NCBI GenBank assembly: GCA_036675475.1 | Contig: JAKFEY010000027.1 | Coordinates: forward strand, 47,012-111,011 | Direction: 5' to 3' | DNA length: 64,000 nt | Source: Vicinamibacterales bacterium | GTDB lineage: Bacteria; Acidobacteriota; Vicinamibacteria; Vicinamibacterales; SCN-69-37 | Shown here: piece after piece, positions 42,478 to 51,042 of the stretch | Layout of the letters: each line of letters starts with the position of its first letter | Numbering within the stretch: position 1 is the first letter of the stretch | The notes under the pieces: generated by a model | The model's input: only the letters and a program-made list of their open reading frames with translations | Database searches by the model: none | What the model was told of the DNA's origin: nothing | Translations under genes and position numbers: made by a program

Positions 42478-44520
42478 TCAGCGCACGTAGACGGCCAGGC
42501 GCGGAAACGCGAAGCGGCCGGCGTTCTGGTCGATGATGTTCACCTGGCAGGTGTACAGGCCCGGCTTCAGCGCCGATGCCGCAACGTCGAACTGGAAGAC
42601 TGCCGTCCCGCGGCCCCCCTCGGCCAGCCTCGTCTGATCGACCACCGGCGTTTCGAACACCTTCACGCGGCCGCGATAGAACGCGAGGCTCGTGCGCAGG
42701 CTCGGCGCGCCCTGCGCGTCGAGCGCGGGCTCGTAGACCTCGTAATAGAAATACAGACGCTGCTCGCGGTTCACGACATGCGAGAGGCTCGGAATCAGCT
42801 CGACGCCGCCACGGATGAGCGGATTGTCGCTTTGCCGCCGCGGAGGGCTGCGCCTGATCTGCGTGCCCACCACCACTGAACTGACTTTCATCGGGGCCGC
42901 GGTGAGATCGGGCACGACGATGGCCGCCTCGAACGTGCCAATCGTGCCCGTCGCGTTCTCACGCGCGACGACCTTCAGCCAGAACCGGCCGGGCGGCAGC
43001 GTGAAGCCGGTCTGGTACTGCACCTGCTTCTGCGCCAGCGCATCGTCCTTCCCGCTGCCGCGGGCAGGCAGCTGCACCGTGTCGCGAATGCGGCCGATGT
43101 ACCGGCCCTGTTCGTCGCGCACCGACCCGAGCACGTCGAGCGTGGCCTGCGGCGGCCGATCGGCGGGCAGGGCGCTGCCCGGGATGGCCACCGAGACGGG
43201 CACATAAAACTTCTTCTCGTCGATGCGGAACCATGCGGCCGACGCCACGACCGGCAGATCCGTTGACGACACCTCGGAGAAGAGCTGCTCCTGCAGCTGG
43301 CGCTCGCGGTCGTTGCGCGTCAGGTGCGTGAAGTCTTTGGCCGCGTAGTAACCCGCGCGATGCTCGACGCGCAGGCCGGGTGTCTTCACCCGCACCGTAA
43401 TGCGGCGAAAGCGGCCGTCCTGCACGGCGTTCGTGCTGCTGTAGCCGAGCACGTAGTAGGCCGAGGTGTCCTGCTGCACCTGCTCGAACGCCTCGCCGAA
43501 TTCATTCATGTCGAAGAAGGCATCGCCGCCGGTGTCCTTGCCCAGCGTCGTGAGCGTTTCCTGCGACGCGAACATGCGGTCGAACTGGCGGCCCGCGCCC
43601 TGCCCCGAAAAGGCGGCCATGCCGCGTCCGCTCGCGCGGCTGGCGTCGCCGCCGGGCACCACGGCCTGGAGGCCGCGCGTGTCGACCGCGTAAATCGCCG
43701 CGTTGGCGCGCACGGCGGCGTTCACCGTCGCGCGCAGCTCAATCTGGTTGTCGCTGCCGCTGCGCGACATGCCGCTGCTGAAATAGAGGATGGATTTCTT
43801 CTGCTGGACGGGCGCGAGCGCCTCGGCAAGCACCTGCAGCGCGCGCAGCCGGCGATCGTTGTTGAACAGGTTCAGCTCCGACTCGTCGAGCGGCAGGTCC
43901 GCCGGATCGTCGGCGGGATCGGCGGGATCCGCCGGGTCGGTTTCCGGCGTGCCTTCGACGCCGGTAAACCGATCGAGCACGCGATGCAGCGCGTCTTTGT
44001 CGGCGGTGAAATCCTGATCGACCTCGAGCGCCGTGCCGAGCGAGGCAATCGCGATCAGATCGGCCGGCGACATCTGGCCGTCGATGTAGGCGCGCGCCGA
44101 GCCGGCCGCGCGATCGAGGTCTTCTGGCTGCATCGAGCTCAAGTCGAAAAACAGCACGATCAAGCGGCGGCCCGGCAGATCGACGACGTCGCGCACGGGT
44201 GCCGACCCGGCTGCCGCGGGCGCGGGACGGTCGAGCACGGCGGGCGCCGGATCCGCCGAAAGCGCGCCGGCCGGCGCGGTGGCCACTTCTTCGAAATCGA
44301 ACGTCGTGATCGCCTGCGGCTTGTTGTCCTCGGTGATCTGGAAGTCGGCGGCCGTGAGGCCGCGCACGATGTTGCCCTCGCGATCGCGGACGATCACGTC
44401 GACGCGCACCACGTCGACGGCGCCGCGGAAACGCACCTGCTGCGCGGCGGCGGGCGGCGCGATGAAACCGGGCACGGCCAGTGCGAGCGCGGCAAGGATG
44501 ACGGCGGGAATGGCGCGCAT
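42478..44520 (-). CDS. VWA domain-containing protein (acidobacterial VWFA-related type)
   Basis: Start MRAIPAVILAALALAVPG (signal) at 44518-44520 inside track ORF 42478..44973. It has FRGAVDVVRVDVIVRD..G..V.GLTAADF and the VWA core LIVLFFDLSSM. Confidence 0.75.
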   Translation of the reverse strand: MRAIPAVILAALALAVPGFIAPPAAAQQVRFRGAVDVVRVDVIVRDREGNIVRGLTAADFQITEDNKPQAITTFDFEEVATAPAGALSADPAPAVLDRPAPAAAGSAPVRDVVDLPGRRLIVLFFDLSSMQPEDLDRAAGSARAYIDGQMSPADLIAIASLGTALEVDQDFTADKDALHRVLDRFTGVEGTPETDPADPADPADDPADLPLDESELNLFNNDRRLRALQVLAEALAPVQQKKSILYFSSGMSRSGSDNQIELRATVNAAVRANAAIYAVDTRGLQAVVPGGDASRASGRGMAAFSGQGAGRQFDRMFASQETLTTLGKDTGGDAFFDMNEFGEAFEQVQQDTSAYYVLGYSSTNAVQDGRFRRITVRVKTPGLRVEHRAGYYAAKDFTHLTRNDRERQLQEQLFSEVSSTDLPVVASAAWFRIDEKKFYVPVSVAIPGSALPADRPPQATLDVLGSVRDEQGRYIGRIRDTVQLPARGSGKDDALAQKQVQYQTGFTLPPGRFWLKVVARENATGTIGTFEAAIVVPDLTAAPMKVSSVVVGTQIRRSPPRRQSDNPLIRGGVELIPSLSHVVNREQRLYFYYEVYEPALDAQGAPSLRTSLAFYRGRVKVFETPVVDQTRLAEGGRGTAVFQFDVAASALKPGLYTCQVNIIDQNAGRFAFPRLAVYVR

Positions 44521-44524
44521 GCGG

Positions 44525-47500
44525 CTAGAACCGGAACCTGAGGTTGACGCCGACGGTGCGCATCGACCGCACCGACAGCACCTGGCCGAACGTCGGTGAG
44601 TTGACGACCGTATCGATGGTGCCCCAGACGGGGGTGTTGAGCACGTTGCTGGCGTCGACGCGCAGCGTGAGCGCGCGCCTGCCGCCGAGCGGAATGTCGC
44701 GCGAGAGCGCCGCGTTGAGCTGGCGCGACGAGGGGCCGATGATGGTGTTGCGCGCCGCGGTGCCGAACGCGCCGGTCGCGGGAATCCGGAATGCGGCGAC
44801 GTTGAAGTAGCGATCGATCGTCGGGTCGTCGAGGCTGATGTCCTCGCCGGTGTAGTCGGCGCGAAGCGAGCCGTTGGTGCCGCGCGCGATCTCACTGGCG
44901 GCTCCGACCACGCGCGCCGTGTACGGCTGGCCCGAGTCGAACGTGAAATGCGCGTTGAGCGTCCAGTCGCCAAACGCGGCCGCGAGCCATCCGCCTTCCG
45001 ACAGCCACCGCCGATTACGGCCGAACGGCAGGACGATGTTGACGTCGGCCTGCAGCCGGTGCGCGCGCTCGAAACTCGAGCGCCCCCATTCGGCGTCGAG
45101 ATTGCGATCGTCCTGGGCCACCGTGCCGCCGGCGCCGCCGAACGACGACGCGTTGTCGCGCGCGTGCGTCCAGGTATAGGTCGCGCCGCCGCCGATGCCG
45201 CGCGTCATGCGCTTGCGAAGGCGGAGGCTGACGGCGTGCAGCGTGGAGCGGCCTTCCGAGGTCTGCCACAGAAACGGCTGCACGCCCTCGATGCGCAGGC
45301 CGGCGGCGTCGCGGTTGGGCGCGCGCAGCATGTCGAGATGCGAGCCGCGCGTGCCGTTGTAGCTGATGCCGGCGTTGAGCGAGCCGGGAAGGTCGCGCCC
45401 GTAGTCGGCGTTCCACACCTGCGCGATGCCCAGCTCGTAGTCCGTATCGATCCCGTAGTTGTTCGTCGTGGTCGCCGGGCTGACGCGCGCGAACGGATCG
45501 GTGAGGCTGAGCGGCGCGGCGGGTGTGCCGGTGGTCGTATTGGTGACGGCAAACGGCGGCTGCGCGATCAGCTGGCGCGCAATCGACGCGTACGACCCGG
45601 CGTTGTAGGTGATGCCGTAGCCGGCGCGCAGCACGCTGCCGCGCCCGAGGCGCCAGGCGAGGCCCACGCGCGGCGCAAGGTTGTTGGCGTCGCTCCGCAC
45701 CAGCGCGAACGGAAACGCGCCGGAGAAGGGGCCGGTCTGGCCTGACAGCACCGGCACGGCGGCCGAGAAATCATCCGCGACGTCGAGATTCACCATCCGC
45801 CCGCCGGCTTCCTCGAACGGCGCCACGAACTCATACCGGAGCCCGGCATTGAGGGTCACGGTGTTGCTGATGCGCCAGTCGTCCTGCGCGAAGGCGCTGA
45901 ACGTGCGGCCGCGCAGATCGATCAGGCCGGGCCCGAACTGCACCGACGCCTGCTGCGGGAGGCCGAGCAGGAAGTCGGCGAAGTCGAGCGCGGAGCCGCG
46001 GCGCACGCCGGGGCCGCCGGTGTAGAGGCCGCTGAACACGAAGGTGCCGCGCGGATTGGCGTCGCTCTGGCTCTCGGACCAGTCCTGGTGATAGTCGGCG
46101 CCGAGCCGGAACGTGTGGCGGCCGCGCGGCAGCGTCCAGGTGTAGCCGAGATCGAGCCGGCGGTCGTCGCGCCGCGACGGCGCGATGTCGCGAAGCGTGC
46201 TGAACGTCGAGAACGACAGTGACGGCACGCCCCACGCGAACGGATCGGTGGCGACTCCGCGGATGCCGGCCGCGCTCGCCACGTCTTCGACAAAGGCGAA
46301 CTGTCCGCCGGCGCGCGAAGTGGTGCGGCCGAACGTGGCGCGTATGTTGTGCACCGTGCGGCCCGAGCGGATGTTCAGCGCCAGCGGCACGGTGAGGGTG
46401 GTGCCGCGCGTGGCGCCCGACACCGTTGGAAAGGCCGTGAACCGATCCGCCTGGTTGCGCCGGTAGTTGACGGTCGCGTTGAGCACCACGTTGGTGCCCT
46501 GGGCGCCGCGTCCGCCGCGCCCGCCGCGCCCGGCCTGCGCCGGCGGCCCTGTCCTTGTGGCAGGTGCAGGCTGCGCCGTTTGCCCAGGCTGCCGCGGCGC
46601 CTGTCCCGCGCCGCGTCCGCGCTGCGCGGCAGGCGGCGGCGGATTGAAGTTGTGCGTGATGCGCACCATCACGTTGTCGGCGGCATTGGCCGTGGGCGTG
46701 GTGTAGCGGAAGTTGCGCGCGTCGCCCTCGAGATTCGGCAGCGGGATGAAGCCGAGCAGCGCCGCCGCGGCCGGATCGATCCGCGCGGCCGGAATCCGAT
46801 TGTCCGGGAACGGCAGCCCCGTCGCGGGGTCGCGGACGATGATGCCGCGGTCGAGCAGCGACGAGAAGTCGCCGCTGCGGATGGCCGCTGACGGCACGGT
46901 GGAGTACGTGTCGAAGATGTCGTCCGACCGGTTGCCCGTGTAGGAGAAGTTGAACGACGTGCGGCGCGTGCCGTCGTAGACGCCGGGAATCTTCACGGGC
47001 CCGCCGAGCGTCGCGCCGAAGCGCTGGCTCAGATAGTCGTCCTCTTCGCGTTCCTCGCCGCGGAGCGCGAAGGGCGACGCGTTGAGCGGCGAGCCGCCGA
47101 TCGTGTACGTGACCGAGCCCTGCAGCCGCGCCGCGCCGCCAAGCCGGCCGCCAAGCCCGCCGTCGCCGGGACCGAAGCGGCCGAACTGTTCCGCCGTAGC
47201 GTTGGGCGGGCCGCCGCCGGGACCGCCGCCGCGGCCAGGCCGCATGCCGGGCTCGAGATCGGCAAACTCGCCGCGCAGGATGGCGCCCATCCGGTCGTTG
47301 AGCATGCCGCGATCGATCTGCCCCTGATTGCCCGCAAGCGCGACGGCTTCCGAGGGCGCGTCCGTGGAAAAGCCGGGAGGCAGCAGCTGGCGCGCGGCCT
47401 CGGTGGCGTCGGGATCGTCGGGCGGCTCGGCCGTCTGGGCGGCGGCGCCGGGCTCGAGCGTCAGGCTTTCGAAGCGGTTGGGATCGCCGCCGCGGCGACC

Positions 47501-47944
47501 GGCGCCACCCCGTCGTCCTTCCGCCGGTGGTGGCGTGGCGCGAGGCGGCGCGGCCGGCATCCTGCCGCCAAGCGTCAGCGTCAGATCGACGCGCGTATCG
47601 CAGGGTGGCTGCGGCTGCAGGGTGATCGCGCGCTCGACGGGAGCAAAGCCCGTGAGCTCGGCGCGCAGTGTGACGGTCGACCCTGCCGCGGCGCGGACGC
47701 GGAACGCGCCGTCGATGTCGGTTGAGCTCGCCGAGGCGCCGGCTGTCAGGGCGACGCCCGGCAGCGGCGTCCCGCCGCTCGTCACCAGACCCGTAATGAC
47801 GCACGGCTGGGCCGACGGCTGAGCGGGCGCCTGCCCACTGGCGCCCAGTTGCCAGGCCGCCAGCATGGTGGACGCCGCCAGCGTCCCTCGAAGAGAAGGC
47901 ATCGAGCGTTTGACCGCCCGCGCCCCTGAAAGGTTAAGCGCCAC
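44525..47944 (-). CDS. TonB-dependent receptor-like outer membrane protein with N-terminal CarboxypepD_reg domain (Oar-like)
   Basis: 1139 aa. It has CVITGLVTSGGTPLPGVALTA...DIDGAFRV (CarboxypepD_reg), a long barrel, and a terminal VGVNLRFRF. The track start is a GTG; an ATG (MPSLRGTLAAS) lies at 47902. Confidence 0.8.
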   Translation of the reverse strand: MALNLSGARAVKRSMPSLRGTLAASTMLAAWQLGASGQAPAQPSAQPCVITGLVTSGGTPLPGVALTAGASASSTDIDGAFRVRAAAGSTVTLRAELTGFAPVERAITLQPQPPCDTRVDLTLTLGGRMPAAPPRATPPPAEGRRGGAGRRGGDPNRFESLTLEPGAAAQTAEPPDDPDATEAARQLLPPGFSTDAPSEAVALAGNQGQIDRGMLNDRMGAILRGEFADLEPGMRPGRGGGPGGGPPNATAEQFGRFGPGDGGLGGRLGGAARLQGSVTYTIGGSPLNASPFALRGEEREEDDYLSQRFGATLGGPVKIPGVYDGTRRTSFNFSYTGNRSDDIFDTYSTVPSAAIRSGDFSSLLDRGIIVRDPATGLPFPDNRIPAARIDPAAAALLGFIPLPNLEGDARNFRYTTPTANAADNVMVRITHNFNPPPPAAQRGRGAGQAPRQPGQTAQPAPATRTGPPAQAGRGGRGGRGAQGTNVVLNATVNYRRNQADRFTAFPTVSGATRGTTLTVPLALNIRSGRTVHNIRATFGRTTSRAGGQFAFVEDVASAAGIRGVATDPFAWGVPSLSFSTFSTLRDIAPSRRDDRRLDLGYTWTLPRGRHTFRLGADYHQDWSESQSDANPRGTFVFSGLYTGGPGVRRGSALDFADFLLGLPQQASVQFGPGLIDLRGRTFSAFAQDDWRISNTVTLNAGLRYEFVAPFEEAGGRMVNLDVADDFSAAVPVLSGQTGPFSGAFPFALVRSDANNLAPRVGLAWRLGRGSVLRAGYGITYNAGSYASIARQLIAQPPFAVTNTTTGTPAAPLSLTDPFARVSPATTTNNYGIDTDYELGIAQVWNADYGRDLPGSLNAGISYNGTRGSHLDMLRAPNRDAAGLRIEGVQPFLWQTSEGRSTLHAVSLRLRKRMTRGIGGGATYTWTHARDNASSFGGAGGTVAQDDRNLDAEWGRSSFERAHRLQADVNIVLPFGRNRRWLSEGGWLAAAFGDWTLNAHFTFDSGQPYTARVVGAASEIARGTNGSLRADYTGEDISLDDPTIDRYFNVAAFRIPATGAFGTAARNTIIGPSSRQLNAALSRDIPLGGRRALTLRVDASNVLNTPVWGTIDTVVNSPTFGQVLSVRSMRTVGVNLRFRF

Positions 47945-47966
47945 GCGGATCCCATCTTACCGAGCC

Positions 47967-48026
47967 CTCCCCTGTTGACAGCCAACAGGGGAGCGGCTAC
48001 TGTGCTGTTGGTTTCCAACAGAAGGA
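47967..48026 (+). promoter_or_regulatory. padR promoter with two related palindromic operator candidates and an SD
   Basis: IR1 is CTCCCCTGTTG-ACAGC-CAACAGGGGAG (47967-47993), with perfect 11-bp arms. IR2 is CTGTTGG-TTT-CCAACAG (48005-48021). TTGACA (47975-47980) is followed by a 17-nt spacer and TACTGT (47998-48003). GAAGGA (48021-48026) lies 5 nt before the ATG at 48032. Confidence 0.5.
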
Positions 48027-48031
48027 CCCCC

Positions 48032-48382
48032 ATGCCCCCACGCGACAAGACCGATGTCCTTCAGGGCACCCTCGCCCTGATGGTGCTCAAGACCCTCGAC
48101 GCCATGGGCCCGCTGCACGGCTACGGCATCGCCCGCCGCATCGAGCAGATGAGCGGCGACGCGTTGCAGATGAATCAGGGCACGCTCTATCCGGCTCTCG
48201 TGAAGCTCGAGCAGCAGGGATGGATTCGCGCGAAGTGGGGCGTCTCGGAAAACAACCGCAAGGCGAAGTTCTACGCGCTGACGCCGCGCGGCGAGCGTCA
48301 GCTCGCCGCGGAAGCCGACCGCTGGGGCCGCGTCGCCGCCATCGTCGGCCGCTTCCTGAAGCCGGCCGGAGATCCGTCGTGA
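48032..48382 (+). CDS. PadR family transcriptional regulator
   Basis: Start MPPRDKTDVLQGTLALMVLKTL at 48032. It has GYGIARRIEQMSGDALQMNQGTLYPALVKLEQQGWI and KFYALTPRGERQL. Confidence 0.9.
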   Translation: MPPRDKTDVLQGTLALMVLKTLDAMGPLHGYGIARRIEQMSGDALQMNQGTLYPALVKLEQQGWIRAKWGVSENNRKAKFYALTPRGERQLAAEADRWGRVAAIVGRFLKPAGDPS

Positions 48383-51027
48383 GCCGGCTGGCGTCGCTGT
48401 GGGCGCGGCTGCGCGAGCAGCTCACGCGCGGCCGCGCCGATCGCGAGTTCCGCGAGGAGCTCCGCGCGCACGTCGCCGAGCTTCGCGACGAGCACCTGCG
48501 CCGCGGCATGACGCCGGCCGACGCGCATCGCGCGGCCATGCTGGCGATCGGCGGCTTCGAACAGGCGCGGGAGCTTGTCAACGACCGCCGCGGGTTTCTC
48601 GTGCTCGATCATCTGTGGCGTGACGCGCGCCATGCGCTGCGCATGCTGCGCAAGTCTCCGGGCTTCAGCGCCGTGGCGGTGGTCACGCTGGCCCTCGGCA
48701 TCGGCGCGAACGCCGCCATCTTCAGCTTCATCGACGCCGTCATGCTGCGCCCGCTCCCGTATCCCGAGGCGGACCGCCTGATCGCGATCTGGGAAATCGA
48801 GCGCGGCGGCGAGCGCGGCGCGGTGGCGCCGGCCAATCTCGCCGACTACGCGCGTGTGGGCGCCTTCGAGCACGTCGCGGGCTATTCCACGCCGTCGCTC
48901 AGCCTCACCGGAGGGGGCGAGCCCGAAGGGCACATCGGCGAGGCGGTGACGTGGAACTACTTCACGGTGCTGCGCGTGCCGCCGGCGCTCGGACGCGCCT
49001 TCACGCGGGAGGAGGATTCGCCGGCCGGACGGCCGGTGGTCATCATCAGCGACGCCCTCTGGACACGACGCTTCGGCGCCGACCCCGCGATCCTGGGCCG
49101 CGCGGTCGACATCGACGGGGTGCCGCACGACGTGATCGGCGTGATGCCGCCCGGCTTTCGCGGCGTGTCGCAGTTCGGGTCGAGCGTCGAGCGCCATCTG
49201 TGGCTGCCGGCCGCGTTTCCCGCCGAGCTGCTCGCCAACCGCGGGGATCACGAAATCCGCGCGGTCGCGCGTTTGCGCGACGGCGCGACCGTCGAGGGCG
49301 CGCGCGCCGAGCTCACGGCGATCTCCGAAGGGCTCGCGCAGGCGTTTCCCGAGACCAACGCAAAGGTGCTGGCGCAGATGCAGCCGCTGGCCGGCGACGT
49401 CGTGCGCGATGTGCGGCGCTCGCTCATCGTGCTGATGCTCACGGTCGGGCTGATTCTCGCGATCGCCTGCGTCAACGTGGCCAATCTGCTCATCGCGCGC
49501 GGCGTCGGGCGCCGGCGCGAAATCGCCGTGCGCTATGCGCTCGGCGCGACGCGCGCGCGCGTCTATACGGCGCTGCTGACCGAGAGCGCGGTGCTCGCGC
49601 TGCTGGCCGGCGCCGCCGGGCTCTGCCTCGCGCTCTGGATTCAGGGCGTGCTTGTGCGCGTCGCGCCGGCGTCCCTGCCCCGCCTCTCGGAGGTCACCCT
49701 CGACGCGCGCGCCGTGGCCTTCACGTTCGGATTGAGTCTGGCGATCGCGATGATTTTCGGCGGCCTGCCCGCGTGGCAAGCCGGCCAGGCGCGGCCGGTC
49801 GATGCCATGGCCAGCGGCGGCCGCATCGTGGCCGGCAGCAGAGTGATGCGGTGGCGCAACGGGCTGATGATCGGTCAGCTTGCGCTCTCCGCGCTGCTGC
49901 TCGTGGGCGCCGGCCTGATGATCCGGAGCCTCGTCAGGCTGAACAGCGTCGACCTGGGTTTCGACACCGCCGGCGTCCTGACGATGCGCATCGGCCTGCC
50001 GATGGCGAAATATCCAACCGGCGACGCGCGGCTCGCGTTCTTCGAGCAGGTCGAGGCGCGGCTCACTGCCCTGCCGGGCGTGTCCGGTGTCGGCTATGCG
50101 AATGCGTTTCCGCTGCGCGGCGGCTGGAGCAGCGGCTTCGGCATCGACGGCCTTCCGCTGCCGGCCGAGGGTGTCTACGAAGCGGATTTTCAGGCCGTGA
50201 GCCCCGGCTACTTCAAGACACTCGGGATCCCGCTCATCCGAGGGCGTCATCTGACGCCGGCTGACATCAAGACATCCATGGCCGTGGCCGTGGTGAGCGA
50301 GCAGTTCGAGCGCCAGCTGCTCGGCGGCAGGAACGCCGTCGGCACGCGGTTCTCGCGCGTGGGGCCGGACGGCCCGTTCATTACGGTCGTGGGCGTCGTC
50401 CGCGACGTGCGGCGCGACGGCCGCACGGCCACCGTCGAGCCGCAGGTGTATCTGCCGGCGGCGCAGACCGGCATGTATCCCGTGCGGCTGGCCGATCTCG
50501 CCGTGCGAAGCACGGGCGGCAACGCGCACGATCTGATGCCGGCCATCCGCGCGGCCATCTGGAGTGTCGATCGCGACCAGCCGATCACGAACATCCGCAC
50601 GCTCGACGAGATTCTCGCGATCAGCAGTGCGGAGCGGCGTTTCCAGACGCTGCTGTTCGCGATCTTCGCGGGGCTTGCGCTCCTGCTCGCCTCGATCGGC
50701 ACCTACGGCGTCGTGGCCTATCTGGTGTCGCAGCGGACGGCCGAAATCGGCGTGCGGCTGGCGCTCGGTGCGAGCCGTGGACGCATCTATCGCGCGCTGG
50801 TCGCGCCCACGGCCCTGCTGGTCGTCGCGGGAACGCTGGCCGGCGTGGTGGCGGCGCGGTGGCTGGCGGCACTGCTCGACACCATGCTGTTCGAGGTGCC
50901 GCCAGGCGATCCCGCCACCTATGCCGCCGCGGCAGGCACGCTGCTGGCGGTGGCGCTCGTTGCCTGCGTCCTTGCCGTACGCCGCGCGGCCCGCATCGAT
51001 CCGACGACTGCGCTTCGGTACGAGTAG
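48379..51027 (+). CDS. ADOP-family duplicated ABC-type permease (two MacB_PCD/FtsX modules, no ATPase)
   Basis: A GTG start at 48379 overlaps the padR stop (GTGA). An N-terminal prefix helix region is followed by LRMLRKSPGFSAVAVVTLALGIGANAAIFSF and a second FtsX module at the C-terminus, ending RIDPTTALRYE. Confidence 0.85.
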   Translation: MSRLASLWARLREQLTRGRADREFREELRAHVAELRDEHLRRGMTPADAHRAAMLAIGGFEQARELVNDRRGFLVLDHLWRDARHALRMLRKSPGFSAVAVVTLALGIGANAAIFSFIDAVMLRPLPYPEADRLIAIWEIERGGERGAVAPANLADYARVGAFEHVAGYSTPSLSLTGGGEPEGHIGEAVTWNYFTVLRVPPALGRAFTREEDSPAGRPVVIISDALWTRRFGADPAILGRAVDIDGVPHDVIGVMPPGFRGVSQFGSSVERHLWLPAAFPAELLANRGDHEIRAVARLRDGATVEGARAELTAISEGLAQAFPETNAKVLAQMQPLAGDVVRDVRRSLIVLMLTVGLILAIACVNVANLLIARGVGRRREIAVRYALGATRARVYTALLTESAVLALLAGAAGLCLALWIQGVLVRVAPASLPRLSEVTLDARAVAFTFGLSLAIAMIFGGLPAWQAGQARPVDAMASGGRIVAGSRVMRWRNGLMIGQLALSALLLVGAGLMIRSLVRLNSVDLGFDTAGVLTMRIGLPMAKYPTGDARLAFFEQVEARLTALPGVSGVGYANAFPLRGGWSSGFGIDGLPLPAEGVYEADFQAVSPGYFKTLGIPLIRGRHLTPADIKTSMAVAVVSEQFERQLLGGRNAVGTRFSRVGPDGPFITVVGVVRDVRRDGRTATVEPQVYLPAAQTGMYPVRLADLAVRSTGGNAHDLMPAIRAAIWSVDRDQPITNIRTLDEILAISSAERRFQTLLFAIFAGLALLLASIGTYGVVAYLVSQRTAEIGVRLALGASRGRIYRALVAPTALLVVAGTLAGVVAARWLAALLDTMLFEVPPGDPATYAAAAGTLLAVALVACVLAVRRAARIDPTTALRYE

Positions 51028-51042
51028 CCCACGCGCCGCGCG

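Noticed and set aside
45831-47804. 657-aa alternative-frame ORF within the TonB-dependent receptor gene
   Set aside because: It is dominated by Arg/Ala/Pro, while the 1139-aa frame has CarboxypepD_reg, barrel strands and a terminal aromatic residue.
48298-50529. 743-aa minus-strand ORF antisense to the ADOP permease
   Set aside because: This is a compositional artefact. The plus-strand frame has the conserved ADOP N-terminus and two FtsX modules.
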